Below are positions 26,101 through 38,879 of a stretch of DNA of 64,000 nt, one piece after another. The position numbers were made by a program, and so were the translations under genes. The stretch is taken from contig JAYWIR010000033.1 of NCBI GenBank assembly GCA_036172245.1, forward strand, positions 1,364,001 to 1,428,000, in the 5' to 3' direction. The stretch is from Raillietiella orientalis. Its lineage: Eukaryota. Position 1 is the stretch's first letter. The number at the start of each line of letters is the position of its first letter. The notes beneath the pieces were generated by a model that worked only from the letters and a program-made list of their open reading frames with translations, had not been told where the DNA came from and did no database searches.

Positions 26101-29100
26101 GTAAGCAATTTAAATATCACTAAAACTGACCCTCATATTTGAATGAACGGAGGAGTGTTGTTTTTGTGTCGCTTTTTGTCTCGGAGATCAAATCTCACCA
26201 CTCGCGTCAGTGAGAAAGGTGTTCTCGCGTGCTGCTATGGAACGTTTTAGGCGTGAACGAGAATCGAATTCGGACGGCAGGGACGTGATGCTGCGAAAGC
26301 CGAGGGAACAGCGCCCCGGGCATCCACCGGGGCTGCTGAGGGAACGCGCATCCACCGAGGTTCTGCCAGCTGGCCATAGGCCATCCCAATTCTTTGTCTG
26401 AATCCGAATGGTTGAGGATAGCCTAGTTTGCGAATGCTTTCTTCTGTCATCTATTGCGATCATTGTGATTCTGTGTGATCATGAGAGGAGCTCATGTGGG
26501 TCGTTGGGGTGCAGCCGAGGAAACTGTCGGCATCGTAGATCGAATGGCGTTCCCGCGAAAGATGCAATAGAAGCACCTCTGAAGTGTTTACAAGAGATAA
26601 ACTCACTCCGCCCGGCAGTGAATAGCTGTCTTCCTTGATAAAGTAGTATGATAGCAATTGTGTAATGACTGCAGGGATCGACGGTGGAAAGGTTAGTAAG
26701 CATCACGGTTTCTTTATCTTCCTCCAAAAAAAATAAAAAACATCCAGTTGCCCTCATTGAATTGGAAATTCCGAATTGGAAAATTTCCTCTCAGCGTTCT
26801 TGGAGCACTGGTAGCAGGACTTAAACTCAGGGGTCACGTTTTCACACCTAATGATTGCGAAAGTCATCACCGTGGTCTAAATTACAAATGCATGAAGCCC
26901 AAGACGAACACTCGGTTCCTTGTAAGAAAGGGTTGGTGCTGTTTCTCAGTGGATACCTGAACGCATGTGAAGAGGTTGCTGAGTGCAAAGCTTAGGAGCA
27001 TCCTTTTCACAGCTCCAGCTGTGGTTTCGAGGGTTAAGGCAGCCACGCGAGCGAACTCGTCCGAAATCCAGCAGCACCTGTGATGTCCGTTCGGGAACCC
27101 TTCTCGATTTCCACCGCCCGGTCGCGAGCTCGCTGACCCCTCTCGTACTGGAGGGCGACCGGCACGTGACCACCTCCGTGCTGCATCTCGACGTCACGCT
27201 CTCTTTCGTGAGTTTTTTTTTTTTTTTTTTTGGCCTGTGCGCGACGGATGATGCCGATGTCGAGTTTTCCGAATCTCGGACTCCCGGTGAATCCCAACGT
27301 TGGTGCTCTTACCAAAACCGGTGCTCCTCCGCAGGCAGGAGGGAAGCGCGTCCTTTCTTCGCCGCGCCTCTCCCGAGCTACCCATGCGGTCACGCTGAAC
27401 ATCCGGCGTGTAGATGAGTTGGCTCTCGTTCTTGAAGCACCAAGTCCGATCGGGGTTAGGGATAAGGTCACCTAAGGCCACCAGCCCTCCTCTTCCTTCC
27501 GCTGCTTCCTTGATGGAATCAACCACTCCCCTTGACAGTGAGGTTAGCATTCCCACACGCGTCGACTGAGGCTGCTGTTGCCTCCCGCACTTTCGATCCC
27601 TGTAGGATCCCTCATCTCGCGGCGGGCAGGAGGAGGTTTGCTGGAGCAGATGCTCGGCAGTTCCTGACGTACAGATAGTTTCTCTTCCACGAAGCTTTCA
27701 GCAGATCGAGAGCAGGACCACAGATACGCGAAGATGTTCACGTTCACCAACGCGTGATTAATGAGTGACGAGGAGCGAACACCGCTCGCGTTTGCGAATT
27801 CATCCAGGGCAGCTGTGCAGACTCATGTGCTGGTCTCATAGAGAGATTCGCTTTCTACGCACGGAAGTCGATGATACCGAAAAGAATTCGCAGTCTCGTT
27901 GCCAAGCAGCAGAAAGTGGAAAAATGGATAATTTCAATTGAAGGAGACCATGCCGAATAGGAGTGAAATGGGTCACAGGAACCATGAAAAGGGCATGCAT
28001 TCCTTGATAAAGGCTGAGAGAGAAACAGAAGAGAGAAAAAAAGTCTCGACGGTTTCGAAACCACAGAAGAGTCCTACACAAACACTGCAGTATGTTCGCC
28101 ACATATGTGGGTCGTGAACTTCTTATATGAGTAACAGTGGTATGTGTTGATGATGATCACATCTAATGAGATGCAGTTTCAAAGAAGCTCTTCAATCTCG
28201 ATCAGCTGCGCTTTTGGATTCGTCCACCTCCCATAAGAGTATGTTGCTATCCTCTTCTTCTTCCATCTCGCTTTGCGAGCTTTCTTTTTTTCCTGTGTCC
28301 GGTGACTGCACCATAATGTGGCGCCAAGTTCTCCATCGGGGCGACTGCTCACAGCAGCAGGAAGGAAACCAAACGATTCTTCTCCATTGGCCAACTCAGG
28401 CTTCAAGGTAGATTAGTTGGTGCCTGGTCAGAGATTCGCTTGCGGGCCCTCGACCAGAAAGCCTGAGGTTCTTGATGAGTTGAGAAGCTAGCACGAGAGC
28501 AGTACCATCCCCCTGAGGCTCAAGGAGGCATTATCAGGGAATGCCCTGGTAGTCTGCCACCGACATGGGAGTGGTGCAAAGGATCCGTACGACGAAAGTG
28601 GAAGCAGGAGTTAAGAGATGGTTTCCTGTGAAGACCCATCATCACGGAGATCTTCATGCAGATGGAATCGAGAAGGTTTGGCCGTGCAACTACAGGATCT
28701 GGGAGCTCGATGCGTCTGTTCGTTTGGGCGTTCTCGTACCCACAGAGGAGATTGGGGTGCGCCGTGAGTTGGAATTCCTCCCGCAAGATGACGCTGGTTG
28801 GCCTCCATTTGGGCGCGTGATCAAATATTCCTGAATGCTGAGCAAGTCGGCATTTCCGCGAAGACTCCTAGGATTCGGGAAACACGTGCAAGGTTCAAGC
28901 ACTTTCATGAGTCAGAAGAGGAAACCACAACGAGGCTAGGAAGAATAGTCCATCTTCCATCTTGATCGATCCACCTTCACCGGTATCCTTTCACCGGAAA
29001 GGTACACCAGGATACGCAACGAAGTGCATCGACCAATGGCGCCAAGATTATCTCTGTTGCCGGTACATCCCATTTCTTCGCAAACAAGGTCGCCACCATT

Positions 29101-29139
29101 TCTTCCGTCATACTACTATCTTAGGGAGTAGCCCGCGTC

Positions 29140-29905
29140 GGAGGCCCGTGATTGCGATCTCCGCATGTGGCACCACCAAGCGTTGCTGGTCCGAATACTT
29201 GGAAAGAATCGACGCCGAGAGATGGGGGTGCGTTGTGAGTTGGAGTTCCTCCCGCAAGATGACGCTGGTTGGTCTCCATTGGGGCGCAGTACCGGTGGCG
29301 GTTGAAACCGGATGTCCCCGATGAGTGGCCGGGCGTGGGTTGCCTTCCAGGAATCGAGGAGTGAGGAGTTCCCTTCCGGTTGTTCAAAGGAGCTGCCCCT
29401 CCCCCCTCGTAGATGAACCATCCTCTCATACCATGGAGATGGTTGATTGATGATATCTCTCCAGAGTGTAAAGAAGCGTGCTGCTCCCTTCGAGGAGCGC
29501 TCTTCAGAGAAAATTCGGAAGCGTCCCTTCGATGGTCTCTACAGAGGAGTAAACAGGAACGGTTCCCTTTCGGGGGTTCCCGCTGGAGAAAATAAGGAAA
29601 GAGATTCCCTTGAGGGTTCCTTTCACAGACAACCAGGGTGGAGGTGTTTCCTTCGGGAATCCCTCCTCAGGAATGAGAGGAACGGGACTCCCTTCTCCGG
29701 AGCCCTTCCTGGATTCATAAGGCGGCTCCCTCCTGGAGTGCCCCCTGTCTTGAAGAATTGCACACGTCTTCAGGTGGCGCTGAACAGCGTCAAAGAGCTG
29801 CGAGAGCCGCCATGCTCGCGACGGTTCCCGAGGTACCCAGCGAACCCCAAAAAAGGCTGAAAGGGAAGGCGTGAAGGCTGAAAAGAACCCGAAAAGATTT
29901 CCACC
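29140..29905 (+). mobile_element. SINE copy 5 (near full length, diverged)
   Basis: Degenerate B box ggtccgaatac; shared blocks atcgacgccgaga, gatgacgctggttgg, gatgtcccc and cttcctggattcataagg; A-rich 3' end. Confidence 0.65.
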
Positions 29906-30839
29906 TCCTCACCATTCCTTCTCTACGATACTTCCCCGGTGAACTTTTCTCATAGTCCTCAATTGCCACTGCCTTCAGCTACCGTCCGGGTCCAGGTGGC
30001 GACGGTCCGTGGCTCGGAATGATGGCGCGTATAGCTCCAGCCCTCCAGCGAGAACGGCTCAACCATCTTCCAAACTGGTTCTTAGCATCCTTCCTTCCCC
30101 GATGCTGCGTCTCGCCGGTTCCTCGAGATCTCGCCGTGCTTCAGTCCGCAGAAGGGTCGACCGCTAACGAGGCAACGGTGCCGCTCAAAGAGATGAAATT
30201 TCCTCTTGAATGATCTTGCGGCACGAGCGTGCAGCGAGCAGCGTGCGTGCAGCGCCTCCGAGGGTTCCCACGGACGGGGAACTCGTGCCACGATAAAACT
30301 GTTCTAAAAGCGGAAATCTGAATGAATCTTCGGATGTGGAAAACTGCGAAAAACAAAACAAAACACACACAAAAAAAAATGGAATGAAAACTTGCGTGCC
30401 GAAGCGATCGACAGGCAGAAATCGAACACAGGGCTGCCAAGCCAAGTGGAAGTTTTTATAAAGCGAATGAAACATGGATCAAATTCGTAAAAGCAAACCT
30501 TATAAAACAAGTACATAGCGATCGGTGCAGTGATAAATTCAATGGAACCTAGAAAATAGGGGCCAGTTCGATTGGAGGTTTTTATTCACTGTGCTGTTTA
30601 CGAAGTGTGCTAATAGGGCGCACGAACAGTGGAGCGGAATGTTCTCCACCTTCCCCGAAATCCACCTGGGCTCCTCGTCTCCTTCCGAAGAGACCGTGGT
30701 TTTTGAGGGTAGTTTCATCCTGATGGGTGGCTCGGCATTTGCCTTCCAGCATGTCTTCCGGGCGCACATTTTTTTTTTTTTTCCCCCCTCTCCTTGATGT
30801 GTTCCGCTCGCCTCATTGCGCTGTCCTTCGCTGCATCCG

Positions 30840-31760
30840 GCGACCAGCACTCGCACCGAGGCAGGTCCCCCCCCTCTTGCGCAGAGATGGGGAGTTGGTA
30901 TGGCGAACCAACATTCCTTCTCACAATCCAGGATAGCCCTGAAGTAGCTCCACCTCCTGAAGAGGTGCGTGGTCGCTCATTTCCAGACCGGTGGACCGAT
31001 GTTTGGCAGGTGTGGAATAAGATGGACGTCTGCCACATCCCGAGGCGCCATTGCTCTGCGGGGCAAAACTCGTGCGGAAGGTCTGGCACAGGATAGGCAA
31101 GCCATATCTACCAACGAAATGCCCCACCAAGTAAACAAAACAAAACCGGTTGGGAAGATGGGGCGAACTCTCGAATGAAATGGAGGATGGGTTGAAGAGA
31201 AGAAATCAGGGACGAGTTTGAGGAGTCCGGCATGTTCGACCGATCCCAGGAAAAGTGCCTCAGCAGGTTTCTCACCGAATCGAAAGTCCTGGAGCTCACT
31301 CCTCTACGGAGTAGCTCCGGTGTTGGCGCTTCGTTGCTGCCGAGCAACGAAGCGCCATCGGAAGAGATGTTTCTGACTTGAGGAAGGCGAACGGAATTTC
31401 GTTCCGAGGCAAACGAAAGGGAAAGCTCGTGCTTTCTCACCCAGGCCTTGCATCACGGCACTGAGCCATGGAAGAAGCGGGAGAAAACCATTCGCGGTGC
31501 AGAGGATGGCTGAGGGAGAAAGAAAGGAGCTCTTTCAAACGAGGAGCGGAAGAGTTGAGCTGAAACGAGCAACAGCCGGCCCATTCGACTCCTCGAGAGA
31601 CATCACCGACAGTTTTTGGGTTCCAGAGATTTCCCGATGCGGTCACCATTCTGTCCCCCGTAGAGAATGGACCACATGTTGGGATGCAGGTGCAAAGGAT
31701 GCAGAACTCCAAGTCCATATAAGAAATCCTCCTCCAGATTCGTTTGCAGATGCAGAGTTC
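30840..31760 (+). mobile_element. Decayed BEL/Pao pol relic
   Basis: HRGRSPP…SWYGEPTFL (like SRG…WW.GP.FL), then AGPFDSSRDITDSFWVP…TTCW…NPPPDS (like the integrase zinc-finger region). Confidence 0.4.
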
Positions 31761-31989
31761 TTGTTCCCCAGGAGGTTACCCCGACTTATCTTAGGGCTTC
31801 ACCTTTCAGATTCAACGCATCTGGAAGTGGGATTGAACAGTTTCATTTTGTTCTTGCTTTGACTGTCACTCTGAAGAAGGTCGTCGGGAAAGCTCCCATC
31901 ACGATAGGGGAACGGGAAATTTGGGGATCCTGAGCACAGGAGGACGGAACTGATGGATATTGTAGCTGATCGGCCAAGTAACCCCTCGC

Positions 31990-32405
31990 TTGCTGAAGGA
32001 GGGATCTGGAGGAATGGTGTTTTGTGAAGAGAACCCCTAATACCCCTAAGGGACGCTTCTGGATTTGTCTGAAGGGCATTCCCCGAAGGGAGCAGCAAGC
32101 TGCTTGACCCTCTGGAGAGATATCAACTAGCCCCATGGTACGGCTTCATTTTTCACAACCAGAAGGGAAAACCAGACAGCTCCTTGAATTCCTGGAAGGA
32201 CCCAATCCTGCCCGGTCAATGGGGACACGCGGCTTCCACCAGTGCCGTACCCGAAGCCTCAAAGTCAACCAGCGTCATCTTGCTGAGGCGACTCGAAACC
32301 CACTACGCGCCCATTTCTCGGCATCGACCCTTCCATTCGAACACGCAGAGCTTTCGTACTACGCGCGATTGTGCGCCAACCGACACGCCGATTCCACGGT
32401 CGCCA
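31990..32405 (-). mobile_element. SINE copy 6 (5' portion)
   Basis: caaccagcgtcatcttgc, cccatttctcggc and attcgaac are reverse complements of blocks in copy 5 or copy 2. Confidence 0.65.
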
Positions 32406-34539
32406 GAGTCGATGCCGGGTGGATGGACGATGGTCTCAGTGGCAAGATGGGAGCGGGCGCGGTACAAGAAAAGGCGGAAGAGGTGGGTGTACTCCAGGGG
32501 TGACCTTGGATCTCATCCAAGGTGATCCGTAAAGTGGATGAGCGCAAGTCCCATGGGAAACGGGGAAGGAGGTGCATCCCAAGTGGATGAGAAATGAGGA
32601 TGGCTCGCGTGCACCGGGATGCGCGGGAAAGAGACCGTCCGGACGATTCCTGGAAACGGAGGACTGCGTCGGCTGACGGCGAAACGGTGGTGGCACACGG
32701 CATGGTTTTCCTTCTGTCCCCCGGAGAAGAAGACTGGGACGTTCGAAATTCGCTTCTGTAATCACGATGGGAATCGTTCGCGAATGAGGTGGCCTTCGAC
32801 GCGAGCAGAAGCTGCGGAGGTTCGAGGAGGGAGAGAGGAAACGACACAGTTCCATCGCTATTCCAATCTTCCTCGACTCCAGTCGTCCAGGTCGCCTGCG
32901 GTCCCAGGCGACCCAGTAAACCGCGCAAAATGGGAAAAATGATTTGGGGTTCCAGGAAGAGATCTCTCGGGTGGGGGGATCCGATGGATTCTCGAGCGAC
33001 GGAGGTCCCACACTTGGTGATTGGATGCTTGTCTGGCCCGCGAGCCAAGCACCCGACGCATGGCTGCAAGTCTCCCGTGAAGCTTGTTGCCTGACAACGG
33101 AATGTCAAATGCGGCGCCAGTGACTCGATTCCTGACGCCATCGCAATGTTAAAGAGCCCCGAGGGTGTTCACGAAACTGCCAGAAGAAAAGAGAATCAAG
33201 GAGTAACGCTTGGTGACGGAACTTCCGCCGAGTAGGCAATTTTCCTGGCTCCTTGCTCTTAGACATCTCTTCCCTTTCCCTTCTTCCACTCCTCCTTCTT
33301 GAAAGCTCGTCAGGATGGAAGGTGCCTCAGCTGACGTCGCTGGACACCCGGAAAAGACTTCCTCCCCTGGGGGGACGAAAAATCGATCCGATTCGGCCGC
33401 ATTCCTCCGTTCATTCTTTTGATCCCTGGGAATGTAGCTGCGGTTGGCGCAGTTTCCCGACCCTGAGCTCCGCCATGGAGTTTCTGGAGCACCGAGGAAA
33501 CTGCGTAAAAGCGCATCCCCCTGCAGCAGCAAGGGGATCGGCCAGGAGAGATCGCCGGACGGCGGGTGCGCCAGAGCAGGCTCAACGTGGAAGAAGACCA
33601 GCGAAGAGAGCAGATTCCACCCGGGTTTGTGCCAGAACTGGGAAAATGGCTTCACGGCTGAAACTGGCGCCACGCTGCACCGTGAAGAACGAAGGAGAGG
33701 AATGTGCGCGAGGAGCTACTGAGAGAACGCCAATTCTCACACGGGATTCGGTGAGACTGGAAAAAAGAAACGCGGGAAATCTTTGGATTCCCTTCTTTTT
33801 TCTTGCTCCTGATGTTCAGCCTCCACATCTTGTTCAAGCATCTTTGGGGGAAAAATGCAAAAAAAAAACCTGGGAACCTGGTTAACGCGTTTTTTCCTGG
33901 AGGTGCATCACCATGCCAACCACTTCGAGAGTGCAGGCGAGCAGGCACGTGCGACGAGGAAGGGTTGCAGGGGAGCGAAAGAATGCTCCTTCTTCAGTGG
34001 CTCTGGAATCTGGGTTAGGAGGAAGGAGAAGAGGAGGCGCGCGCGCGCACAATTCGACTGCCTCCCTTCCTTCCCACCGCCGTCCTCGGAATCAGCTCCT
34101 GGGAAGCGCAGCGGTAAACAGTCGGAAAAGGGTTGCGGAAACGGGAGAGGGACGGATGCTTGCTGCTGCGGATGTGCACCGACGCCTACCGCGCAGCATC
34201 GTTGCCAGGAGCTTCTGAGCACGCGTGGTCTGGCACCGACAGTCAGCCATCTTTGCTGGCTCGTCGGCTGAGAGCTCTTCTCTTTCGCCGATGGACCGCC
34301 GGTAGGCGCCTCTGCGACACCCGACCGGAAATTTCCCTTTCTTGCTGTGTGAAGAGCGCACTCTGTTCGAAAAAACGCGGGCCCGCCGCCCTCTTCAGGG
34401 CGATGCCGATTTCACCCCCACCACGTCCATTCCGTTCCGGGAAATAAATTAAAAAAAAAAAAAAAAAAATCGAGACAAAGCAGAAGCCTCGCGAGGACGT
34501 CAACCAAATAAAAGAAAGAATGTTCCTCTGGCTTTCCAG

Positions 34540-35141
34540 AATACGCGGCCATGGGATACATCGCCAAGCGCATCCAGATGCGCAAGAACCGCGCCCTCAA
34601 CCTCCAGAAGCAGCTGGAGAGCAAGCTGCGCATGGAGCAGGCTCAGAAAGCGAGGGAGAGGAAGATGGAGGGCAGCCGACCGTCGGATCTGCTAAGCCAC
34701 TGCGCCGACGCAGGCTGCAGGTTACAGGACTACCAGACGAAACAGATGGACGAGAACATTTGCTCCTTGAAATACAGCTTCCGCCCCATCGATCACGGGA
34801 CAAGACCTTTCGAACCCTTGTTTCAGGCCTCCGAAAGAAGGTCCTCTCCCCAGAGCGACTTTGGAGACTACTCGCTATCGAAGAGCGCGCTCGATTACGG
34901 AACTGCAGCTTACGGAACTGCAGCTTACGGAACCGCTCACATGTCCAAGCGCAAGGGAAGGACCTCGAACTGCACTCCGAGGTACCTGCCGGGGAGGTTC
35001 CCGAATGCCAGATCCTCTCCGGAACAAGAAATGCTTTCTACCACCTGCTCGGCAAGGGTGCCAGACCAGAGGGACAACTTCTACGAGTTCTCCATCTCCT
35101 CTCCATCTTCCACGGCGTTTGGATATCAGTTCCGCAACCTG
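34540..35141 (+). CDS. Rdl: Rdl coding exon 8: end of M3 (EYAAMGYIAKRIQMRKNR) and a long intracellular loop
   Basis: Acceptor ctttccag|, phase 1. The 5' part matches EYATVGYMAKRIQMRK. The 3' end is assigned to the strong donor ctg|gtaagc, whose phase 0 matches the last exon; this boundary is less certain. Confidence 0.85.
34896..34937 (+). repeat. In-frame 15-bp tandem repeat (YGTAA, about 3 units) in the Rdl M3-M4 loop
   Basis: tacggaactgcagct twice, then tacggaaccgct. Confidence 0.95.
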
Positions 35142-35749
35142 GTAAGCCCAGGGTGCATCCACCGTCTTCCTCCTCCTTTGCAGAGAAATCTGGGGGACGC
35201 GCGCATTTGGCAAGTGATGGGGAAGGGACAGACCCTCTTTCGAAGAAGACCTTTTTACTGCTCCTCTCCTCCCTCCCCCGTTGTCTTCATCCTCACTTCG
35301 TCTCGCGTCTCACGTCATCTTCACCAGAGCCTATTGCGCGTTGCCTCTGTGCCTCGGCCGTCGTCGAATTGCTTGCATCCACTCGCTCCTGTAGCATTGT
35401 TTTCCTCGGAAACAAGAGCGCCTTTCTTCCATTCTTTCTCTAGAGCCTCAAACTCACAAAGTAGCCTCGGGCTATGGAATGAGCACATGTCTCTCCTCCC
35501 CCCCCCCTTCTTCCCTCTCTCTGGAACCAGTGTGATGCTCGTTTTTCACTGAGATGAACCACTGGCTCCTGCTTGCCTTCCTGGAAGGTGTGACTTCCGT
35601 CGCCATCGCCCCTAATCCATGGCGGAAGAAAGGTCTGCAGACCCTATTAAGGTCCTGCTAACCCCGTGAAACGAGCAAATAAAAGCTTTCAGCCGAAAGC
35701 TGCCCCTCTCGTGGACGTTCCGGCGTTTGCCCAGCCAACAGGAAGCTGC

Positions 35750-37000
35750 GGCGAAAGAGATGTCCGTTAGAGGTTTCGCGGGGTCACTCGGGGACTGCCT
35801 CCCGTCTGCACGGTCTGAGCTGCTTGCTTCTCATCCGGGCGCGTTGGTCCTATGCCAACTTGACCGACGTTCGCAACGACTCCGAGAGGAAGATCAGAAA
35901 CAGCTTCCCGGAGCTCACTGGGAAGACCGCGCTGGACATCTGCAAGCTCGCGATGGGGGAAGGGAACGAGTAACCCGGTGCAGACGTCGATGTCCGTGGT
36001 GGCGGGGTAGGGGAGGTGGGAGGAAGAAGGCCGAGTATCAAAAGAGAAGCTTTGAAACCTTCTGCAGATCCTACCCGGCTTCCTAGCCGACCAAGGAACG
36101 TCGGAGAGGGGCACCACTTCGAGAGCCGAGTCCCTGAGAAGAAGGGAAGGCCATCTACGGGAAGGAGGACGATAATAGGCACAAACGCCACCAACAGGAC
36201 CAAACACGAGGACTATCTCCCTTTCTCAGTACCAGTGGATCCCGGAATGGAGCTCACTGTGTTCCCAAAGGAAGGACTCCGTCGGGGAGTTCCGGCTGCA
36301 GCTTCCCCGGGTTCGCTCCGATTTCCCGTGGTTCGAACTTCCTCTGCCTTTCTCGCTTCCTTGAGATCTAGAAGGTGTGGGAACTCCCGAACGCTGCGAG
36401 TCCATGGGAGCGTGGTCTTCGGGTGGACAGAACTTCTTTCCCATCCTCCTGCGGGGGAAGAGGAAATCTGCAGGGAAGAAATTTCCAGTATGATTCTTCT
36501 GAATGGAAAGAGCAGGCATCCCCTTGTTAGCCCCGCGAGATGGTTTCGGTCTGCTTTGAGGCTCCTGGTGCGGATGCCCACCAGAGGCGGGTCGACTCTT
36601 TCGGCTGCCGCGGCAGCGGGGCAGCAAGAGGTCCTTCCGCGAGGTTCAGTTTCCCGACGGAGCCTCTTCATTGGATGAACAAATCGGGGATGCGTCTTCG
36701 AGGACGCTAGCGGGAGCGAGCCGTCGGCATAAGCGAAACCCATCCCGAGGAACCACGCCCACGCACTCCTGGAAGGCGCGTTTCTCTTGCCTCGCGCTTC
36801 TCGGAGCGCCCTGCTCCGGACCTCGTCGCCGGAGCGGGGCGCTCCGGAACGGCAGCCTCCGGTTCCTCCACGAGAACGCAGCCTCCTCCGCTTCCGGCCG
36901 GGAAATCGGAAGGGATTCCTGGCCGAGCGTGCGCGCGCGCTCGCGCCGGCAGGACCGACGAGCCTGAGAAAAAGGAGAAGGGGGGCGCGGGAACCAGCAG
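35750..37000 (+). mobile_element. Possible decayed LINE ORF2 relic
   Basis: CPWW…KRSFETFC, ASPGS and SPERGAPE occur in the order of the LINE tether, RT domain 0 and GVPQGS. Weak. Confidence 0.3.
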
Positions 37001-37694
37001 GGACGGCAACAGATGCCCCTGATCTCCTGGATTGCATCCGCCATCTCGTGGGGCGATCGGTCCCGCTTGGGATGGCAGAGGTGTCGCTTGGCTGAATGAA
37101 ACTCGGGTGGGGCAGATGGATTCCGCGAGCGGCTGCTGCGAGGTGACGCGGCTGGGAGGAGCGGAATCGACCGGCGGCACGAGTGCAGCCATTTCAAGGA
37201 CGGGAGCGTCGAAGCCACCGGCTCCATTCTAAGATGGAGAGTCGGAAGCGGCGAACGATCCCTCGCCTCTGCCCCCCTAGTCCGAACCCGTCGCGGGCTT
37301 CCACCCCATTCACTGAGATTCCCTCCCCGTTAAAGATTTCGGGACGCGCAGGATGCTGGAGAGGGTGGGAGAAAGCTGATGCTGGCTCTCTCGTTAGCTC
37401 CGCCCATTATGCAGCTCTCCGCCGCCGAAGGATCTCAAGGGGGTTAAGCTAGAGCACCGGAGAGTCAGGCGGAGATGGTTGTGAGGTGAGGCGAGGAGAA
37501 GGAAACCTCGATTCTCTAGATACAACAATGGGATAAAAGTCGGGCGGGATGAGTGCCCCGCATCTCATGGAATGGGAGCATCACCGCGCAGAGGACTGCG
37601 AGCGTCTTTCTCCTGGAATGGATGGGGAACGAGACGACGGGATGTCACAAAACATCACTTGGCTAACTGGACATTCTCAAGCATCCCCCCAAAG

Positions 37695-37790
37695 CATCAT
37701 CATCATCACGATGATCACGATGATGGCGATGACGATCGCGATGACGATGAAGGTGGTGATGATGATTACGACGACGACGACGATGATGAT
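37695..37790. repeat. Imperfect (CAT)/(GAT/GAC)n trinucleotide microsatellite
   Basis: catcatcatcatcacgatgat…gacgacgacgatgatgat. Confidence 0.85.
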
Positions 37791-38879
37791 ACGAAGTGCT
37801 AATACGAGTACAGCAATGGAGTGAAATAGGTGATTGCGAATTGCAAGAACGCCGCAGATAGGTTCGTGGGGACCAAAGTTTTGGGATTTAAGAACCCCTC
37901 GATTTCCCGCGAGGAGGCATCCTTTCCGCAGGTTCCTCGATCCTGAAAGAAAGAGAAAAGAGCGTCCACGAGCTGAAATGTGTGCTCACTTGCATAAAGC
38001 AAGGGGGAGTGCAGGAAGGCTTGGGGATGGAAATCGCGACGGCGATTCGTGGGGCCGGCGTGGCGAAAGAGGGACTCCCCGGCTGAGCCAGCTTGAGAAG
38101 GTCCAGCCAGCAAAGCGGTGGGAAGAGGCAATCCCATTAGCGTTCTTGCGTAAAACAGGACGCGCCCTACCAGACCGCTTGGAGCGCCTTTCTGGGGAGT
38201 TGCAATTGTGCCGCTTTGCCGAAGTTTCGTACTTGAGGTCACCGTCGCTATGCATACCCGACTTCATGGTGGTGGGCGTGCGTTCTTCAAGGACTCTTTG
38301 CATGGTGACTGTTTTTCCGGGGTCACTCTTGCCTCGCGAAGATCGGAGGCACTGCCAGGAGCAGGCGTTCAGGCTTTCCAGCCACCTTTGCGACGTAAAC
38401 CGTGAATCTCGGTGGATGGGATTGGCTTCTCTTCATTCTCCTGAGTTTACTGCTTGCATGCTTCTCTTCATCCTGAGCACTTTCTGCACTTACGCTGGGA
38501 TCAAAGCTTGAGTGGGATTATGAAAAGGAATGAAGGATTCTTGACAGCTTCAGCTACTTTCTCGGCACCTCCGGCTTCCCGTTGCCGTTCTCAAAGTCGC
38601 TCTCTTCCTGCCCTCTACGCGATTATGGCTTGTTGCCTTTCAGCTCTTTGGGTGCTGTGTTGATGTTTAAGAGACTCTCGTTCCGAGTTACCGTTTTCTG
38701 ACTGGACCCTTAGATCTCTTGCGCACCTAAAGACCCACTAATGAGGCTTCTTACCCAAACGCGAATTTCGTTTTGGTATTCTTGGAGTTCGGCACGGGCG
38801 ATCCCAAATCCCAATTCCACTTTCTTCCTGCTCCAGGCAACGGTTTTAGCATTTATGATGGAAAAACTCCCGAGCTGAA

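Noticed and set aside
34520..35443. 307-aa overlapping ORF in another frame of exon 8
   Set aside because: Shadow frame of GC-rich coding sequence with no homology cues.
37572..37802. His/Asp-rich ORF as an extra Rdl loop exon
   Set aside because: Explained by a trinucleotide microsatellite; no convincing flanking splice sites, and the exons on either side already join in phase.
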